From Candidatus Aenigmarchaeota archaeon LH_S6 (GTDB taxonomy: Archaea > Aenigmatarchaeota > Aenigmatarchaeia > QMZS01), in NCBI GenBank assembly GCA_023659935.1, contig JAGXOK010000001.1:9569-73568 (forward strand): a stretch of 64,000 bases of DNA. Direction: 5' to 3'. The position numbers and the translations under genes are program-made. This document shows, piece by piece, positions 1-10,493 of the stretch. The notes below the pieces were generated by a model. That model had not been told where the DNA came from. It made no database searches and saw only the letters and a program-made list of their open reading frames with translations. Within the stretch, counting starts at the first letter, position 1. Every line of letters begins with the position of its first letter.

Positions 1-48
1 AGGGGTGGTTGATAGCCCCGAATGTTCATTGTATAAAAAGGTGAAAAA

Positions 49-1506
49 ATGAAAAAAATAAATATATTTGGAAAACAAATTTCAGCAATAATTTTAGGAT
101 TAACCTTAATGGCAGCTTTGGCTTCAGCAGGTCTTTTGACTTATTTCGGGATGATTACAGGAACAGCAGAGGTTAGCCAATCAGTAACTTTAGATAATAA
201 GCAATGCGGTGGATCTTTCCCAGAATGTATAGTAGAAGGAGCATGGAATGGAGCTACTACAGCAGGAAATACAATTATAGACGCACACAACTTAAGCAAT
301 AATGCAGAAGTTCCAGCAACAGTAGACTTCAACACAACTTGTGAGAATTCAATAGGGGCTGATAGTTTATCACCAAGTACAGATGAATACATAGATTGGG
401 CAACTCATTGTGATGGAATAACAACAAGATATGTAGAGTACTTTGACGATGCAGGAGCAGATTTGAATAGTTATGAAGCACCAGCAACAGCAGATTGTGA
501 TATAACAGTAGATACTTCTGGAAGTATTCAAACTGCAATAAGTGGTGCAAATTCTGGCGATACAATTTGTGTGGAAGCGGGGACTTATGATGAGACAATA
601 CTGATAAATAAAAATGTAAACCTTGCAGGGGCAGGCACTGATAATACAACTATTGACGCATCAGGTGTAGAAGTGCAGGCGGCAATAAATGCCTACTCCC
701 AGTCCTCCGTCTCTGCCGTAGCGATTACCGCGAGTGATGTCACATTTCAGGGTTTTACAGTGAAGAATGCTGGAGTAGGTGTTTCTGGTGTTGACGCTAG
801 AGGCATATTCGTAGGTGGACAGTCAGATCTCACTGGTGTCAAACTGCTGAATAACAAAGTGATAAATAGCGAAGCTAGTGGAATACAGGTCCAATACGCT
901 GAGGTCGAGGTAAAGGATAACGAGGTGACCAACAACCAGTGGGACGGCTTTGTAAGCTTTAACCTCGAGATTAGCACCATCTCGGATAATATCTTCTCCA
1001 ACAACGGACCTAGCGAGCAAGAAGGTTGGAACGATGCTGGGATAGAAGTCGGATTGGTTGACGGCGCTACTGTAGCCATTTCCAGCAATACCATAAAGAA
1101 TAATGGAGGTAGTGGCCAGTCCAATGGTGTCGGCATTTACCTCAGAGAGGGCATCACTGCCAATGAAGATGTCACCATTGAGCAGAATGTCATCAACACG
1201 AACGGAGACTATGGCATCCTATCTAAAGCCAACCCTTCCAAGATAGATATCCACTACAACAACATTGTCAATAATGGTGAATACGGTGTAAAGAATAACA
1301 TAGCGAATGACCTTGATGCCACCAATAACTGGTGGGGCACAGATGGTATAAGTGTTTCAGAAAATGTAAATGCAGATTGGATGACAAAGACAGATATGAC
1401 ATTGGCAGCAGGAGAAACAGATTACTTCGGAATAGTTAACGAATTCGATATTGCTTTGATTCCAGATAGCTATACAATAAGAACAAAAGTTATTCCAGTA
1501 CAGTAA
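49..1506 (+). CDS. secreted protein with right-handed parallel beta-helix repeats
   Basis: N-terminal hydrophobic signal/TM segment. Many G/N/T/V-rich repeats typical of the pectin-lyase/NosD-like beta-helix fold. Confidence 0.45.
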   Translation: MKKINIFGKQISAIILGLTLMAALASAGLLTYFGMITGTAEVSQSVTLDNKQCGGSFPECIVEGAWNGATTAGNTIIDAHNLSNNAEVPATVDFNTTCENSIGADSLSPSTDEYIDWATHCDGITTRYVEYFDDAGADLNSYEAPATADCDITVDTSGSIQTAISGANSGDTICVEAGTYDETILINKNVNLAGAGTDNTTIDASGVEVQAAINAYSQSSVSAVAITASDVTFQGFTVKNAGVGVSGVDARGIFVGGQSDLTGVKLLNNKVINSEASGIQVQYAEVEVKDNEVTNNQWDGFVSFNLEISTISDNIFSNNGPSEQEGWNDAGIEVGLVDGATVAISSNTIKNNGGSGQSNGVGIYLREGITANEDVTIEQNVINTNGDYGILSKANPSKIDIHYNNIVNNGEYGVKNNIANDLDATNNWWGTDGISVSENVNADWMTKTDMTLAAGETDYFGIVNEFDIALIPDSYTIRTKVIPVQ

Positions 1507-1602
1507 GTTTGGTAAACTAAATAGCTGAAAAAGATTTTTTTTTCTTTTTTTTTAATTTTTTAAATTTAAAATGCTGAAAACCCGAGAGGGGATAAATTTA
1601 AT

Positions 1603-3966
1603 ATGAGAGGAAAAACCAGGAAGTTTAGGGTAAATTTAAATTTATTTGCAGTCCTGTTTATCTCTTTTTTTCTTGTTAATATTGGTTTTGGTGCCACTTT
1701 GGATTCCTATGGGACAGTTTCCGGCACAATTACAATTTTGGATAATGTCCCGCCGGAAATTTCAAATGTTACTTATCTTGTTGCGACCCCTGGAGAGCCA
1801 AATAACAGGAGTGTAATAATTAGGTGGGAAACAGGTGAAAAGGCAGATTCTACTGTTGAATTTTTGGAAGGGGGGAGTTGGTCTGTTAAGGCAAGTAATT
1901 CTTCTTTTGTTGAAAACCACAAAATAAAAATCTCCGGGCTTTCTGAAGGAAACTACACTTTCAGAGTAAATAGTTCAGATGATGAAGGCAATAGTGCAGT
2001 TTCTGGTAATTACAGTTTCACAATTGAAAAGATGAAAGAAATTAGTGGGCATGTTGTGATTAATGAAATAAGTTTAGGGGCAAATAATTTTGAATGGGTG
2101 GAATTGTATAATCCCACAGAAGAAGATATAAATTTTAGTGAAAAAGTTCATCTTGTATATTATTCTTCAGGCAGGGATTGGAATGATTCTTATAGACCTG
2201 CAGAAAAGAAATTATCTGGAATTATTCCTGCCAAAGGTTTTTATTTGGTTAAAATTGATGGGAATGGCACAACTGGAAAACCAGATTTAGAACCAACTCC
2301 AGATTATGACTGGGATTATAAGGGAGATGCAGATACTTTATCTAATAGCGATGGCACAGTAGCAATTTTCCCTTTTGACCCAGACATAAAAAACGCTGAA
2401 GTAGCAAAAACAGGAAGAATAGATGCTGTTGCTTGGGGTGAAGTAAATCTTAAAGAAGGCTCTTCTGCACTAGTCCCACAAAAAAATAAAAGTATTGAAA
2501 GAAAACTCCATGGCTATGATACAGATAACAATTCCGCAGATTTTGTTATCAGGGAAACACCAACCCCGACAAATTCAAGCCCTCAACAAGTGCAAGAAGC
2601 AGATATTGTTTTAAACGAGTTCCTGCCAATTGCCGGGAATTATTCTGAATTTATTGAATTTTACAATAAAGGAAGTGGCTCTGCAAATATGGAAAACTGG
2701 ACAATTGAAACAAACAACCACAACATTACAATAAATGAAAGTATTCTGTTGGCTGGATTTGAAAACACAACGATTGGAGCAGAGGGTTCTGACAGTGAAT
2801 GGCTTGTTATTGATTTATCAAAAGTTGGGGGTAATTTACTTAGAGAAAATGACACAATAACTCTTTATGATAATGAAAGCAGGGAAATAGATAAAGTATC
2901 CTACACAAATGCGACAATGCAGGATAAATCTTATGCAAGAATGCCCGATGGAGAGCCAAACTGGGTTGACCCACTTCCTACTCCAGGGAAACCCAATAAA
3001 CTGGAAAATCAAATAATAGGGGAACAGATTAATGAAACAGGAGGAAATCAAACCGTAAACCAATCTATCAATAATACTGCAAATCAGACTTATAACATGA
3101 CCAATCTAACTTCAAACCAGACAGAAGGAAATGACACAAATTTAACAGAAAATATAACTTATAACGGAACAAATCAGACAAATTCAACCTGTAAAGAAAA
3201 CCAAACTGGAAATCAGACAGAAGGAGCAAATGAAACCAAGCCAAGAATAACAATAATTTCTCCTGAAAATAAAATTTATAACCTTACAGAAATAGAATTA
3301 ATTGTTGAAACTAGAGGAGAAATCCAGGAATTGTGGTATTCTTTGAATAATGAGGAAAATGTGAGCTTTGAAGCAAATACAACAATAAATACCCGAGAAG
3401 AAACAAATTATCTTGTTGTCTATACAAACACAAGTTTTGGGGTTATAAATGAAGAAGTATATTTCTCTGTTAATATTTCCGGGGAGGATTTGGGTAAGGG
3501 TGAAGAAGACTTAACTAATAACTTAACAAACCAGAGTAATCAAACACAAAACAATCAACCAGATAATGATACTATTTCTCCAGATGTAAGTAACACTTCA
3601 AATAATTCAGTTACACAAGGAAATGACTCAGATGAGATAAACAATCAATCAAATACTCCTGAGGAGATGGAAATGGTTGAGGAGGATTCTGGGGAAGAGG
3701 AGCCTTTAGATGACAAACAGGAGGAAACAGGAGAAAGTGAGCAGGTACATTCTTCAGAAGAAGAATTACAGGAAGAAACTGGTTCTGAAGAAGAAGGAAA
3801 TTCAGATGTTGAAAAAGACGATAAAATTGAGGATGAAAGGAAAACTGCGAAAGTTGAAGAAGAAGTTGAGGGTGTTGAAATGGTTAATAATGTAGATCCG
3901 GAGGAGGAAACCGAAGAATATAAAAAAGAAGTTAAGGAAGCTGTAGGTTCAGGGGGTGGAAAATGA
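1603..3966 (+). CDS. surface protein with two lamin-tail domains, N-glycosylation-sequon-rich stalk and acidic C-terminal tail
   Basis: Signal peptide. Two LTD signatures (VVINEISLGANNFEWVELYNPT and IVLNEFLPIAGNYSEFIEFYNKG). A long N-x-S/T-rich Asn/Thr region. Glu-rich C-terminus. Stop overlaps the next start (ATGA). Confidence 0.55.
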   Translation: MRGKTRKFRVNLNLFAVLFISFFLVNIGFGATLDSYGTVSGTITILDNVPPEISNVTYLVATPGEPNNRSVIIRWETGEKADSTVEFLEGGSWSVKASNSSFVENHKIKISGLSEGNYTFRVNSSDDEGNSAVSGNYSFTIEKMKEISGHVVINEISLGANNFEWVELYNPTEEDINFSEKVHLVYYSSGRDWNDSYRPAEKKLSGIIPAKGFYLVKIDGNGTTGKPDLEPTPDYDWDYKGDADTLSNSDGTVAIFPFDPDIKNAEVAKTGRIDAVAWGEVNLKEGSSALVPQKNKSIERKLHGYDTDNNSADFVIRETPTPTNSSPQQVQEADIVLNEFLPIAGNYSEFIEFYNKGSGSANMENWTIETNNHNITINESILLAGFENTTIGAEGSDSEWLVIDLSKVGGNLLRENDTITLYDNESREIDKVSYTNATMQDKSYARMPDGEPNWVDPLPTPGKPNKLENQIIGEQINETGGNQTVNQSINNTANQTYNMTNLTSNQTEGNDTNLTENITYNGTNQTNSTCKENQTGNQTEGANETKPRITIISPENKIYNLTEIELIVETRGEIQELWYSLNNEENVSFEANTTINTREETNYLVVYTNTSFGVINEEVYFSVNISGEDLGKGEEDLTNNLTNQSNQTQNNQPDNDTISPDVSNTSNNSVTQGNDSDEINNQSNTPEEMEMVEEDSGEEEPLDDKQEETGESEQVHSSEEELQEETGSEEEGNSDVEKDDKIEDERKTAKVEEEVEGVEMVNNVDPEEETEEYKKEVKEAVGSGGGK

Positions 3967-5756
3967 AGAATAAATTTTTTTTGATTGGATTAATCACAAT
4001 TTTGCTAGTTTCAAATATTAATTTTGCTTCTGAAATTTATCCTTCTATTTATGATAACATTAAAGTGGAAAAGAGCATCTCTGAGAGTCTTGTTGCAGGC
4101 TCAACAGACCAGATTAAAATCTCTTTTGAAAGTTTAGTCCCAGTAAATAACACACTAGTTGTAATGGTAAATATTAGTTCTGAAATACCAATAGAGTCAA
4201 ATGATTTTCAAATAAAAGGAAAATTAAATTCAACAATTATAAATACAGATTACTCAGAAATAAAAAATTTTTCCTGCTCTCAACTAAGCACAAAACCGGG
4301 AATATTTTACTGCCTGAATCTAACTGATATAGAAGTAAAAAATTGTTATGAACAAGGAAATATAACAATTTGTAATGTTACTGGAAATAAAACAAATCCA
4401 GTTTTACCTTTATCTGAAAATAAACTAATTTTAAATGTAACTCCAAATATAGCTCTAAAACCAGTGGATTATTCTTTTAAGGTCGGACTTTTTTCCGGGA
4501 TAAGAATTGAGAATATATTAAAAGAAAATCAAACTATAACTTTAAGGAAAAATATATCAAACTCTACAAAATTCTTAAATGAACTTTTGGAACTTAATCT
4601 AACTTCAGAAGAAAATAAAACCATATCTTTAAATTTAACTTTCTACAATCTTAGTTTGAAAAACTTAAACCTGCCCGGGATTTCAATTCCTATTTTATTT
4701 GACCTTTCTGCAAATGACACAGAGAACCTATCAAATATAGAGATAAATATTAATTACAGTAAAATTGGATTACCTTCAAATTTTAATGAATCCAGTATGG
4801 AATTATACTATTATAATAAGACCACCTACACTTGGGAGAAAATAGAAGATTATAGTGTAAATAAAACCGGAAAATATATCTGGGCAAAGTTACCTCATTT
4901 AAGTTTATATGGAGCATTTGGAGAGAAAATTATTATTCCAGATATTTATACTGCAGGTGGAGGTCACCCTGTAGAATTAAGAAAATCCTATTTAACAATA
5001 ACCCCAACAGGAGCAACAATGGAGCAAAATAAAACCAGAGATTTTGAGATAGAAGTCAGAAATATTGGGAACAGGGATATAGAAAGTTTTGAAGTGGTTG
5101 CAGAGGATTCTGAAGTAGAAAAATGGATTAATATAACTCCAAGTGAGGAAAAATTAGGGGTTGGAGAGATAAAATTCTGGACAATGACAGTTTCTGTCCC
5201 CTCTGAGGCAGAACCTGGAGTTAAAGGTTTCACAATTTATGCAAAAGGAGATAAACTCTCTTTATCTGTTAATTTTACCTTAACAATTGTAAAGAAACCA
5301 GAAGTTTTTATAAAAGAAGAAAAACCAGAAATTCCTGAAAATATAACTGGTCTGGCTCCAACCAACCTAACAGTTGTAATCAATGATGGAGTAGAAACAA
5401 CAAATTCCAGAAATGTAACTTTAACTTTCTCAGCAACAAATGCAACACAATGCAGATTGAATAATGATGGAATAAGCTGGAGTAACTGGTTCAATTATAC
5501 AAAAACAAGAGATTGGACTTTATCAGAAGCCCCGGGAACAAAAACAGTTTATTACCAGTGCAGGAATAAATTTGGTAATTCAACAATTGTTTATGACACA
5601 ATAGATTTTGTTGCTCCAAAAACAACTCTCCCAACAGGTTATGCTATTTTAACAAACCCTGCTATTTTAGGTTCAATAATTGGAGGAATTTTATTGGCAA
5701 TATTGGCTTTCTTGAGGTATAGAAGAAAACTTGGGATAAACAAGGAGTTAAAATAA
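3963..5756 (+). CDS. secreted glycoprotein-like surface protein with C-terminal transmembrane anchor
   Basis: Signal peptide and many N-x-S/T sequons. C-terminal hydrophobic helix followed by RYRRK. Translationally coupled to the upstream LTD protein gene. Confidence 0.45.
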   Translation: MKNKFFLIGLITILLVSNINFASEIYPSIYDNIKVEKSISESLVAGSTDQIKISFESLVPVNNTLVVMVNISSEIPIESNDFQIKGKLNSTIINTDYSEIKNFSCSQLSTKPGIFYCLNLTDIEVKNCYEQGNITICNVTGNKTNPVLPLSENKLILNVTPNIALKPVDYSFKVGLFSGIRIENILKENQTITLRKNISNSTKFLNELLELNLTSEENKTISLNLTFYNLSLKNLNLPGISIPILFDLSANDTENLSNIEININYSKIGLPSNFNESSMELYYYNKTTYTWEKIEDYSVNKTGKYIWAKLPHLSLYGAFGEKIIIPDIYTAGGGHPVELRKSYLTITPTGATMEQNKTRDFEIEVRNIGNRDIESFEVVAEDSEVEKWINITPSEEKLGVGEIKFWTMTVSVPSEAEPGVKGFTIYAKGDKLSLSVNFTLTIVKKPEVFIKEEKPEIPENITGLAPTNLTVVINDGVETTNSRNVTLTFSATNATQCRLNNDGISWSNWFNYTKTRDWTLSEAPGTKTVYYQCRNKFGNSTIVYDTIDFVAPKTTLPTGYAILTNPAILGSIIGGILLAILAFLRYRRKLGINKELK

Positions 5757-5760
5757 TGTG
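5724..5760 (+). repeat. direct repeat copy 1 (about 33 bp), comprising the last codons and stop of the surface-protein gene
   Basis: agaaaacttgggataaacaaggagttaaaataa recurs at 7686-7721 with one indel. Confidence 0.8.
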
Positions 5761-5927
5761 GGAAAATATTTATATTATACCCCCAAAGGAGTTGGGTAAA
5801 GAAAATAACACAAATGAAATTCTAGCAATTTTCTTATACAAGAAAAAGGATTTAAAAAAATTGAAATAAAGCAATATACCTATCCAGTTTCAAAAATTAT
5901 AAATAGTTAAGTTTACATTTATTATTT

Positions 5928-6647
5928 ATGGGAATTGCAACTAAATTAAAAGAATATGTTGAGGATGGTGAAGTCTTAACCTATGAAATTATTAAAGATT
6001 TCAATCTCACCTCTGAAACCTCCCTGAAAGTTATTCTTTCAAATATGATTAAAATGAAAATCATTTTATCTCCTAAAAAAGGAGTTTATGTGTCTAAAAA
6101 TTTTAATCCTTTTAAAATTGCCCCCATCTTAGAGCCAGGATATATTACATTAACCACAGCATTTTATCATTACAATTTCATCTCCGAATATCCTTTCAAT
6201 ATATATGTTGGGGCTAAAAAATGGGCGGAGTATAGTTTGGGCAATTATAAATTTATTTATTTCCCCACCACAAATTTCAAATTTATTGACTTGGAAAGTA
6301 AAATTGCATTACCGGAAAAAGCTATATATGATTCTTTAAAATATTATAAAATTGTCCCTTTCAAGAAAACATTAGAAGCAATCCATCATGCAAGAAAGGT
6401 AAATTGGGATAATTTCTTGGCACTACTTTCTGAAGAAAAATCTTCTTTTTTACAAAGAACAGGTTATTTATTTTCAATTCTACCAAAAAAAAATAAAAAG
6501 ATTAAAGAAGTAATAATTTTCTGCAAACAAAACATGAATAAAGAATCTAAAATTTATCTTTTTGGAAGAAGTAAAGGAACTTTTATAGAAGAATGGAATA
6601 TTATAGATAATATTAGGGAAGAGGAATTATTATCATGGTGGAAATAG
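5928..6647 (+). CDS. AbiEi-like antitoxin / transcriptional regulator (type IV TA)
   Basis: Same size class as AbiEi and has a KGVY motif. It overlaps the downstream AbiEii-like gene by 13 nt. Confidence 0.4.
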   Translation: MGIATKLKEYVEDGEVLTYEIIKDFNLTSETSLKVILSNMIKMKIILSPKKGVYVSKNFNPFKIAPILEPGYITLTTAFYHYNFISEYPFNIYVGAKKWAEYSLGNYKFIYFPTTNFKFIDLESKIALPEKAIYDSLKYYKIVPFKKTLEAIHHARKVNWDNFLALLSEEKSSFLQRTGYLFSILPKKNKKIKEVIIFCKQNMNKESKIYLFGRSKGTFIEEWNIIDNIREEELLSWWK

Positions 6648-7318
6648 TTTTTAATAAAGAAGAAATAAAAAAATATTCAGCAGAGGCTGGTTTAGGATTC
6701 AATTTTATAGTAAAGGAAGCTTTTTTATTTTCAATCCTGGATGTTTTGAGAGATTATGATATTGTGTTGAAAGGAGGCACCGCAATAAACAAAATATTCC
6801 TTAAAGATAAACAAAGATTTTCAGAGGATTTGGATTTTGATACGAATTTAGGTCTAAAAGAAATAACGCAGATATTGCAAAAAGAAAAATTGAAAATAAA
6901 GAAGAGATATTATACAAAACATGCTCATGGTTTTGAAATTGCTTACACCTATGAAAACATAAAAGATGTTATTAGACTGGATTTTTCAATGCCAATAAAA
7001 GGTAATTGTTCTATTTCTACTTTAAAATCTGAGTTTTTACCTTTATCTATAAGATTTAGAGCTTATACTTTGAAGGAACTAATAAAACAGAAAGAAACAA
7101 CTTTCTTAAATAGAAAGGAGTGGAAAGATTTATATGATCTCTTCTGGATTTCAAAATTTTACCCAGACCAATTTAAAATTTCGGACAAAAAAAAATTTAT
7201 AGAAATTTTAAGTAAAATCAAAGTTCCAAAAATTGCAAATGCCTATATACCATTAAAAAATAGAATTGAGGGGAGGATTATAATTGAAGAATTTTTAAAG
7301 ACACTAACCAAAAAATAA
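6635..7318 (+). CDS. AbiEii-family nucleotidyltransferase toxin (DUF1814)
   Basis: Motif LKGGTAINK...RFSEDLDFD is the GGT plus RxSxDxD signature of AbiEii NTases. Confidence 0.6.
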   Translation: MVEIVFNKEEIKKYSAEAGLGFNFIVKEAFLFSILDVLRDYDIVLKGGTAINKIFLKDKQRFSEDLDFDTNLGLKEITQILQKEKLKIKKRYYTKHAHGFEIAYTYENIKDVIRLDFSMPIKGNCSISTLKSEFLPLSIRFRAYTLKELIKQKETTFLNRKEWKDLYDLFWISKFYPDQFKISDKKKFIEILSKIKVPKIANAYIPLKNRIEGRIIIEEFLKTLTKK

Positions 7319-7685
7319 TAAAAATGTTTCAGCTGTGGCAATCCTGCTAATCTTATACTTAACCAAAGGCAAGAAAACTCCCGATTTAAATCGTGTAGCT
7401 CAATTGTCCTTCAATACTTTTAAAACATAATTAAATATGGACATACAGGTCCTGTATTGTCTTCTGGGTATATCTTGGAAGACGGGGTTGCTGACCCTAC
7501 AATAGTGAAATAAGGCGTCTGAAAAAAGTGACTCAGCCCTAAACTAAAGCGTGTCAGATCAAAACCTCTGCTATGGTAAGTTTTGTTAGCGACTTTAGAA
7601 CCTCGTTAGCCTTCTGTATTCAAAACAGTGTTTTGGTTAAGGAAGCTCCTGAATTTATTCAGGGAGAGGAAGTCACTGTACAAAA

Positions 7686-7721
7686 AGAAACTTGGGATAA
7701 ACAAGGAGTTAAAATAAAGTG
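7686..7721 (+). repeat. direct repeat copy 2 (flanks the AbiE islet)
   Basis: Near-identical to 5724-5760. Confidence 0.8.
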
Positions 7722-7750
7722 ATTGTTGATAATAATTAAAATACAATATT

Positions 7751-7966
7751 ATGCCTGAAGATATTTCCAATAATAATGTTATCACAGAAAATGAGCATAA
7801 GTTTATAAAAGTATATTCAGATATCCCTGTAAGTTTAAGGAGAGAAATTATCCTTGTTATAGATGATGAACCACTCACTTGGAATGCTGCTTATGTGGAA
7901 ATTAAAAACAGGACAAAATTAGGAGAAAGGATATTGGGTAAATTAATAGAGTTGGAGTTTATATAG
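7751..7966 (+). CDS. hypothetical small protein upstream of gatD
   Basis: ORF only. 4 bp from the gatD start. Confidence 0.25.
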   Translation: MPEDISNNNVITENEHKFIKVYSDIPVSLRREIILVIDDEPLTWNAAYVEIKNRTKLGERILGKLIELEFI

Positions 7967-7969
7967 ATT

Positions 7970-9253
7970 ATGGGTGGAAAATCAGTAAGAACAGGTGATT
8001 TTGTTGTTATTGAGAAAAATAATAATCAATGGAAAGGGATTATAATACAGGTTGGTAGAAATTTGATAACCTTGAAATTGAAATCAGGGTATAACATAGG
8101 AATTAGAGTTGATAATAAAACAAAAATAGAAAAGACCATAGGAGAAAAAATAGAGAAACACAAACCAGTAAAATTTGAATTAAAGTTTGATAAAACAAAA
8201 CCTTTAGTTTCTATCTTATCTGCAGGGGGGACAATTGCTTCCTCAATTGATTATAAAACAGGAGCAATCTCATCTTCTTATCCTGCAGAACAGTTGGTAA
8301 ATACTGTCCCAGAATTAGTTAATTTTGCAAACATAAAAACAGAAAAGATTTTAGAAGAAATGAGTGAAAATTTGATTCCAAAAGATTGGAAAAAAATTGC
8401 AAATTCTGTTTTTAAAGAGTTGAAAGAAAGTGAAGGAGTTATTATTACTCACGGAACTGATACTTTGAGTTATACTTCCTCAATGCTATCCTTTATGTTA
8501 AGAAATCTGAATAAACCGGTTGTGGTGACCTTTGCACAGAAAAGTTCTGATAGGGGTTCTTCAGACGCATCAATGAATTTAATTTGCTCTACAATAACAG
8601 CAACAAAAAATCTTGCAGAGGTAGTTGTTGTTGGTCATGGGACAGTAAGTGATGATTATTGTTTAATTAACAGGGGAACTAAAGTCAGAAAGATGCACTC
8701 AAGTCAGAGAAATACCTTTAGGCCAATAAATACCTATCCAATTGGAAAAGTTTATCCTAGCGAAAAAGTAGAGTTTTTAAGTAAATACAGAAAAAAGGAA
8801 GAGGTAAAAGAAGAGCCTTACTTAGATGACAAAATTGAAGAAAAGGTTGCAATAATTAAGGTTTATCCAGGAATTAATCCAGAAATAGTTGATTTTTATG
8901 TTGATAAAGGTTACAAAGGACTCATCCTGGAAGGAACAGGGTTAGGGCATGTTAATACCGGAGAGATATCAATGTTACCCCAGATAAAAAGGGCAATCGA
9001 GCAAGGAGTGATTGTAGGGATGACAACTCAAACAATCTATGGAAGAGTTAATCCTTATATTTATTCTCCTGCAAGAGTATTATCAAACTTGGGAGTGATT
9101 TATTTAGAGGATTTACTCCCGGAAACAGCTTATACAAAGTTGATGTGGGTTTTAGGCCATACTCAGAATAAAGAGGAAGTGAAAGAAATGATGCTGAAAG
9201 ATGTGGCAGGGGAATTTAATAAAAGACTGCAACCTAATCAATTTTTATATTAA
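7970..9253 (+). CDS. gatD: Glu-tRNA(Gln) amidotransferase subunit D (asparaginase-like)
   Basis: Asparaginase motifs LSAGGTIAS and ITHGTDT. The length and the N-terminal extension domain are typical of archaeal GatD. Confidence 0.7.
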   Translation: MGGKSVRTGDFVVIEKNNNQWKGIIIQVGRNLITLKLKSGYNIGIRVDNKTKIEKTIGEKIEKHKPVKFELKFDKTKPLVSILSAGGTIASSIDYKTGAISSSYPAEQLVNTVPELVNFANIKTEKILEEMSENLIPKDWKKIANSVFKELKESEGVIITHGTDTLSYTSSMLSFMLRNLNKPVVVTFAQKSSDRGSSDASMNLICSTITATKNLAEVVVVGHGTVSDDYCLINRGTKVRKMHSSQRNTFRPINTYPIGKVYPSEKVEFLSKYRKKEEVKEEPYLDDKIEEKVAIIKVYPGINPEIVDFYVDKGYKGLILEGTGLGHVNTGEISMLPQIKRAIEQGVIVGMTTQTIYGRVNPYIYSPARVLSNLGVIYLEDLLPETAYTKLMWVLGHTQNKEEVKEMMLKDVAGEFNKRLQPNQFLY

Positions 9254-9690
9254 GTGATTCCTGAATGACTTCTATTAAATTCTTTCCCAGTTACCTTTTT
9301 CTATCTGGGCTACTTTACATAAGATTCTCCAAAAAGTAACTCTGTGTAGTTAGGTATACACTTCATCGGGTGTGATTGTATGTGGTAAACTGCACCTTCT
9401 GGTTTTTTTCTTCTCTTGGAGGTACACGAATAACTGCCTTGGATATATTTTCTAAAGGAGAACCTTCTGAAGTAAAACTAACAACATTTGCTCCTTGTTC
9501 CCCCCTATCTTTGCAGCATTTAAGGGAAAATCTTCACCTGAAACTGAAAAAATAATGAGACTATCACCTTCTTCCAAAGCTATTTCTCCTCTATCTCTAA
9601 AAAAATATGTTGGTCTTTTCTTGTCTTTCTCAACACAATGAGAGAATCTGGTAGCAAACATAGAACCATACTCTCCTGAAAGTCCAGTTC

Positions 9691-9888
9691 CTACAATAAC
9701 ATTGTTCTAAAGGAATGAAAAATTGAGTTATATGCAGATATTTCTGTAATTTCATATTCTTCTATTTTGTAAGTTTTATTTGCTGTATTCAAAAATCTTT
9801 CTGCAATTTTAATGGATTTCTGGATTCTTTCATTTGCTTTATAATCTTTTCTTATCAAACCTTTTTCCAAGCACTCTTTAAAGTTCAT
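9691..9888 (-). pseudogene. HEPN-domain protein, apparently truncated or frameshifted
   Basis: The 65-aa ORF ends ...SAYNSIFHSFRTMLL, which matches the HEPN helix AYYAMFHAARALLL. The expected C-terminal Rx4-6H part is missing or out of frame. It overlaps the upstream MNT gene by 4 nt. Confidence 0.4.
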
Positions 9889-10430
9889 AATTCCACTCCT
9901 TTGATAAGAATATAATTTTTTAAAACACTATTTGAAAAAGAGTCATTTTTTTTCTTCATAGTTTCCCATTTATAATAAGGAATAACTGTGAGTTGAATTT
10001 CCTTATTGCTCTTATTTTTTATACTTATCAATTTTTTATTGTTTATATCTTTGTTTTCACCAATTACCAGAATATCAATATCACTTTTTTCATCAAAATT
10101 TCCAGAAGCATAACTTCCATATATTGCAAGAGAATCCTCGTTTTTAACAATTTCTTCTATTCCTAGTTCCTTTAAATATGTTAAATAGTAAGCCTTTTTG
10201 TATTCTCTTGAAATATAATTTTCATTGTCTAGTCTGAATAGTTTTAAATTGGCTTGTTTCTTTTCTTTTAAAATATTTTCTTTTCTGAGTAAATAACAGT
10301 AAGTTTTTGCACTGCCAACACTTATCCCTAATTCTCTTGACAATTTCCTTATATGAATCTCTCTTGATGGATTCTTTAAAAAGAATTCCAGGACCATGAA
10401 TCCAACAAATTTCCTGAATTCTGATAGCAT
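9885..10430 (-). CDS. minimal nucleotidyltransferase (MNT) with N-terminal wHTH, partner of the HEPN fragment
   Basis: GSYASG...SDIDILVI Pol-beta NTase motif. N-terminal HTH-like region. Confidence 0.6.
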   Translation of the reverse strand: MLSEFRKFVGFMVLEFFLKNPSREIHIRKLSRELGISVGSAKTYCYLLRKENILKEKKQANLKLFRLDNENYISREYKKAYYLTYLKELGIEEIVKNEDSLAIYGSYASGNFDEKSDIDILVIGENKDINNKKLISIKNKSNKEIQLTVIPYYKWETMKKKNDSFSNSVLKNYILIKGVEL

Positions 10431-10493
10431 AACATATTAAACAATTGTTTAATATAAAAAACATTTGTTATCTTAAATTATTCGTATCTGCTA

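Noticed and set aside
141-1136. Several minus-strand ORFs inside the beta-helix protein gene
   Set aside because: They are antisense artefacts within a long, coherent repeat-protein ORF.
3710-3895. Lys-rich 61-aa ORF in an alternative frame of the acidic tail
   Set aside because: It is an out-of-frame reading of GAA/GAG-rich coding DNA inside a well-supported larger gene.
9254-9720. Minus-strand reading NNVIVGTGLSGEYGSMFATRFSHCVEKDKKRPTYFFRDRGEIALEEGDSLIIFSVSGE, downstream of the HEPN fragment
   Set aside because: It has no start codon context or recognisable family, and it runs across stop codons in neighbouring frames. It may be a decayed gene but cannot be supported.
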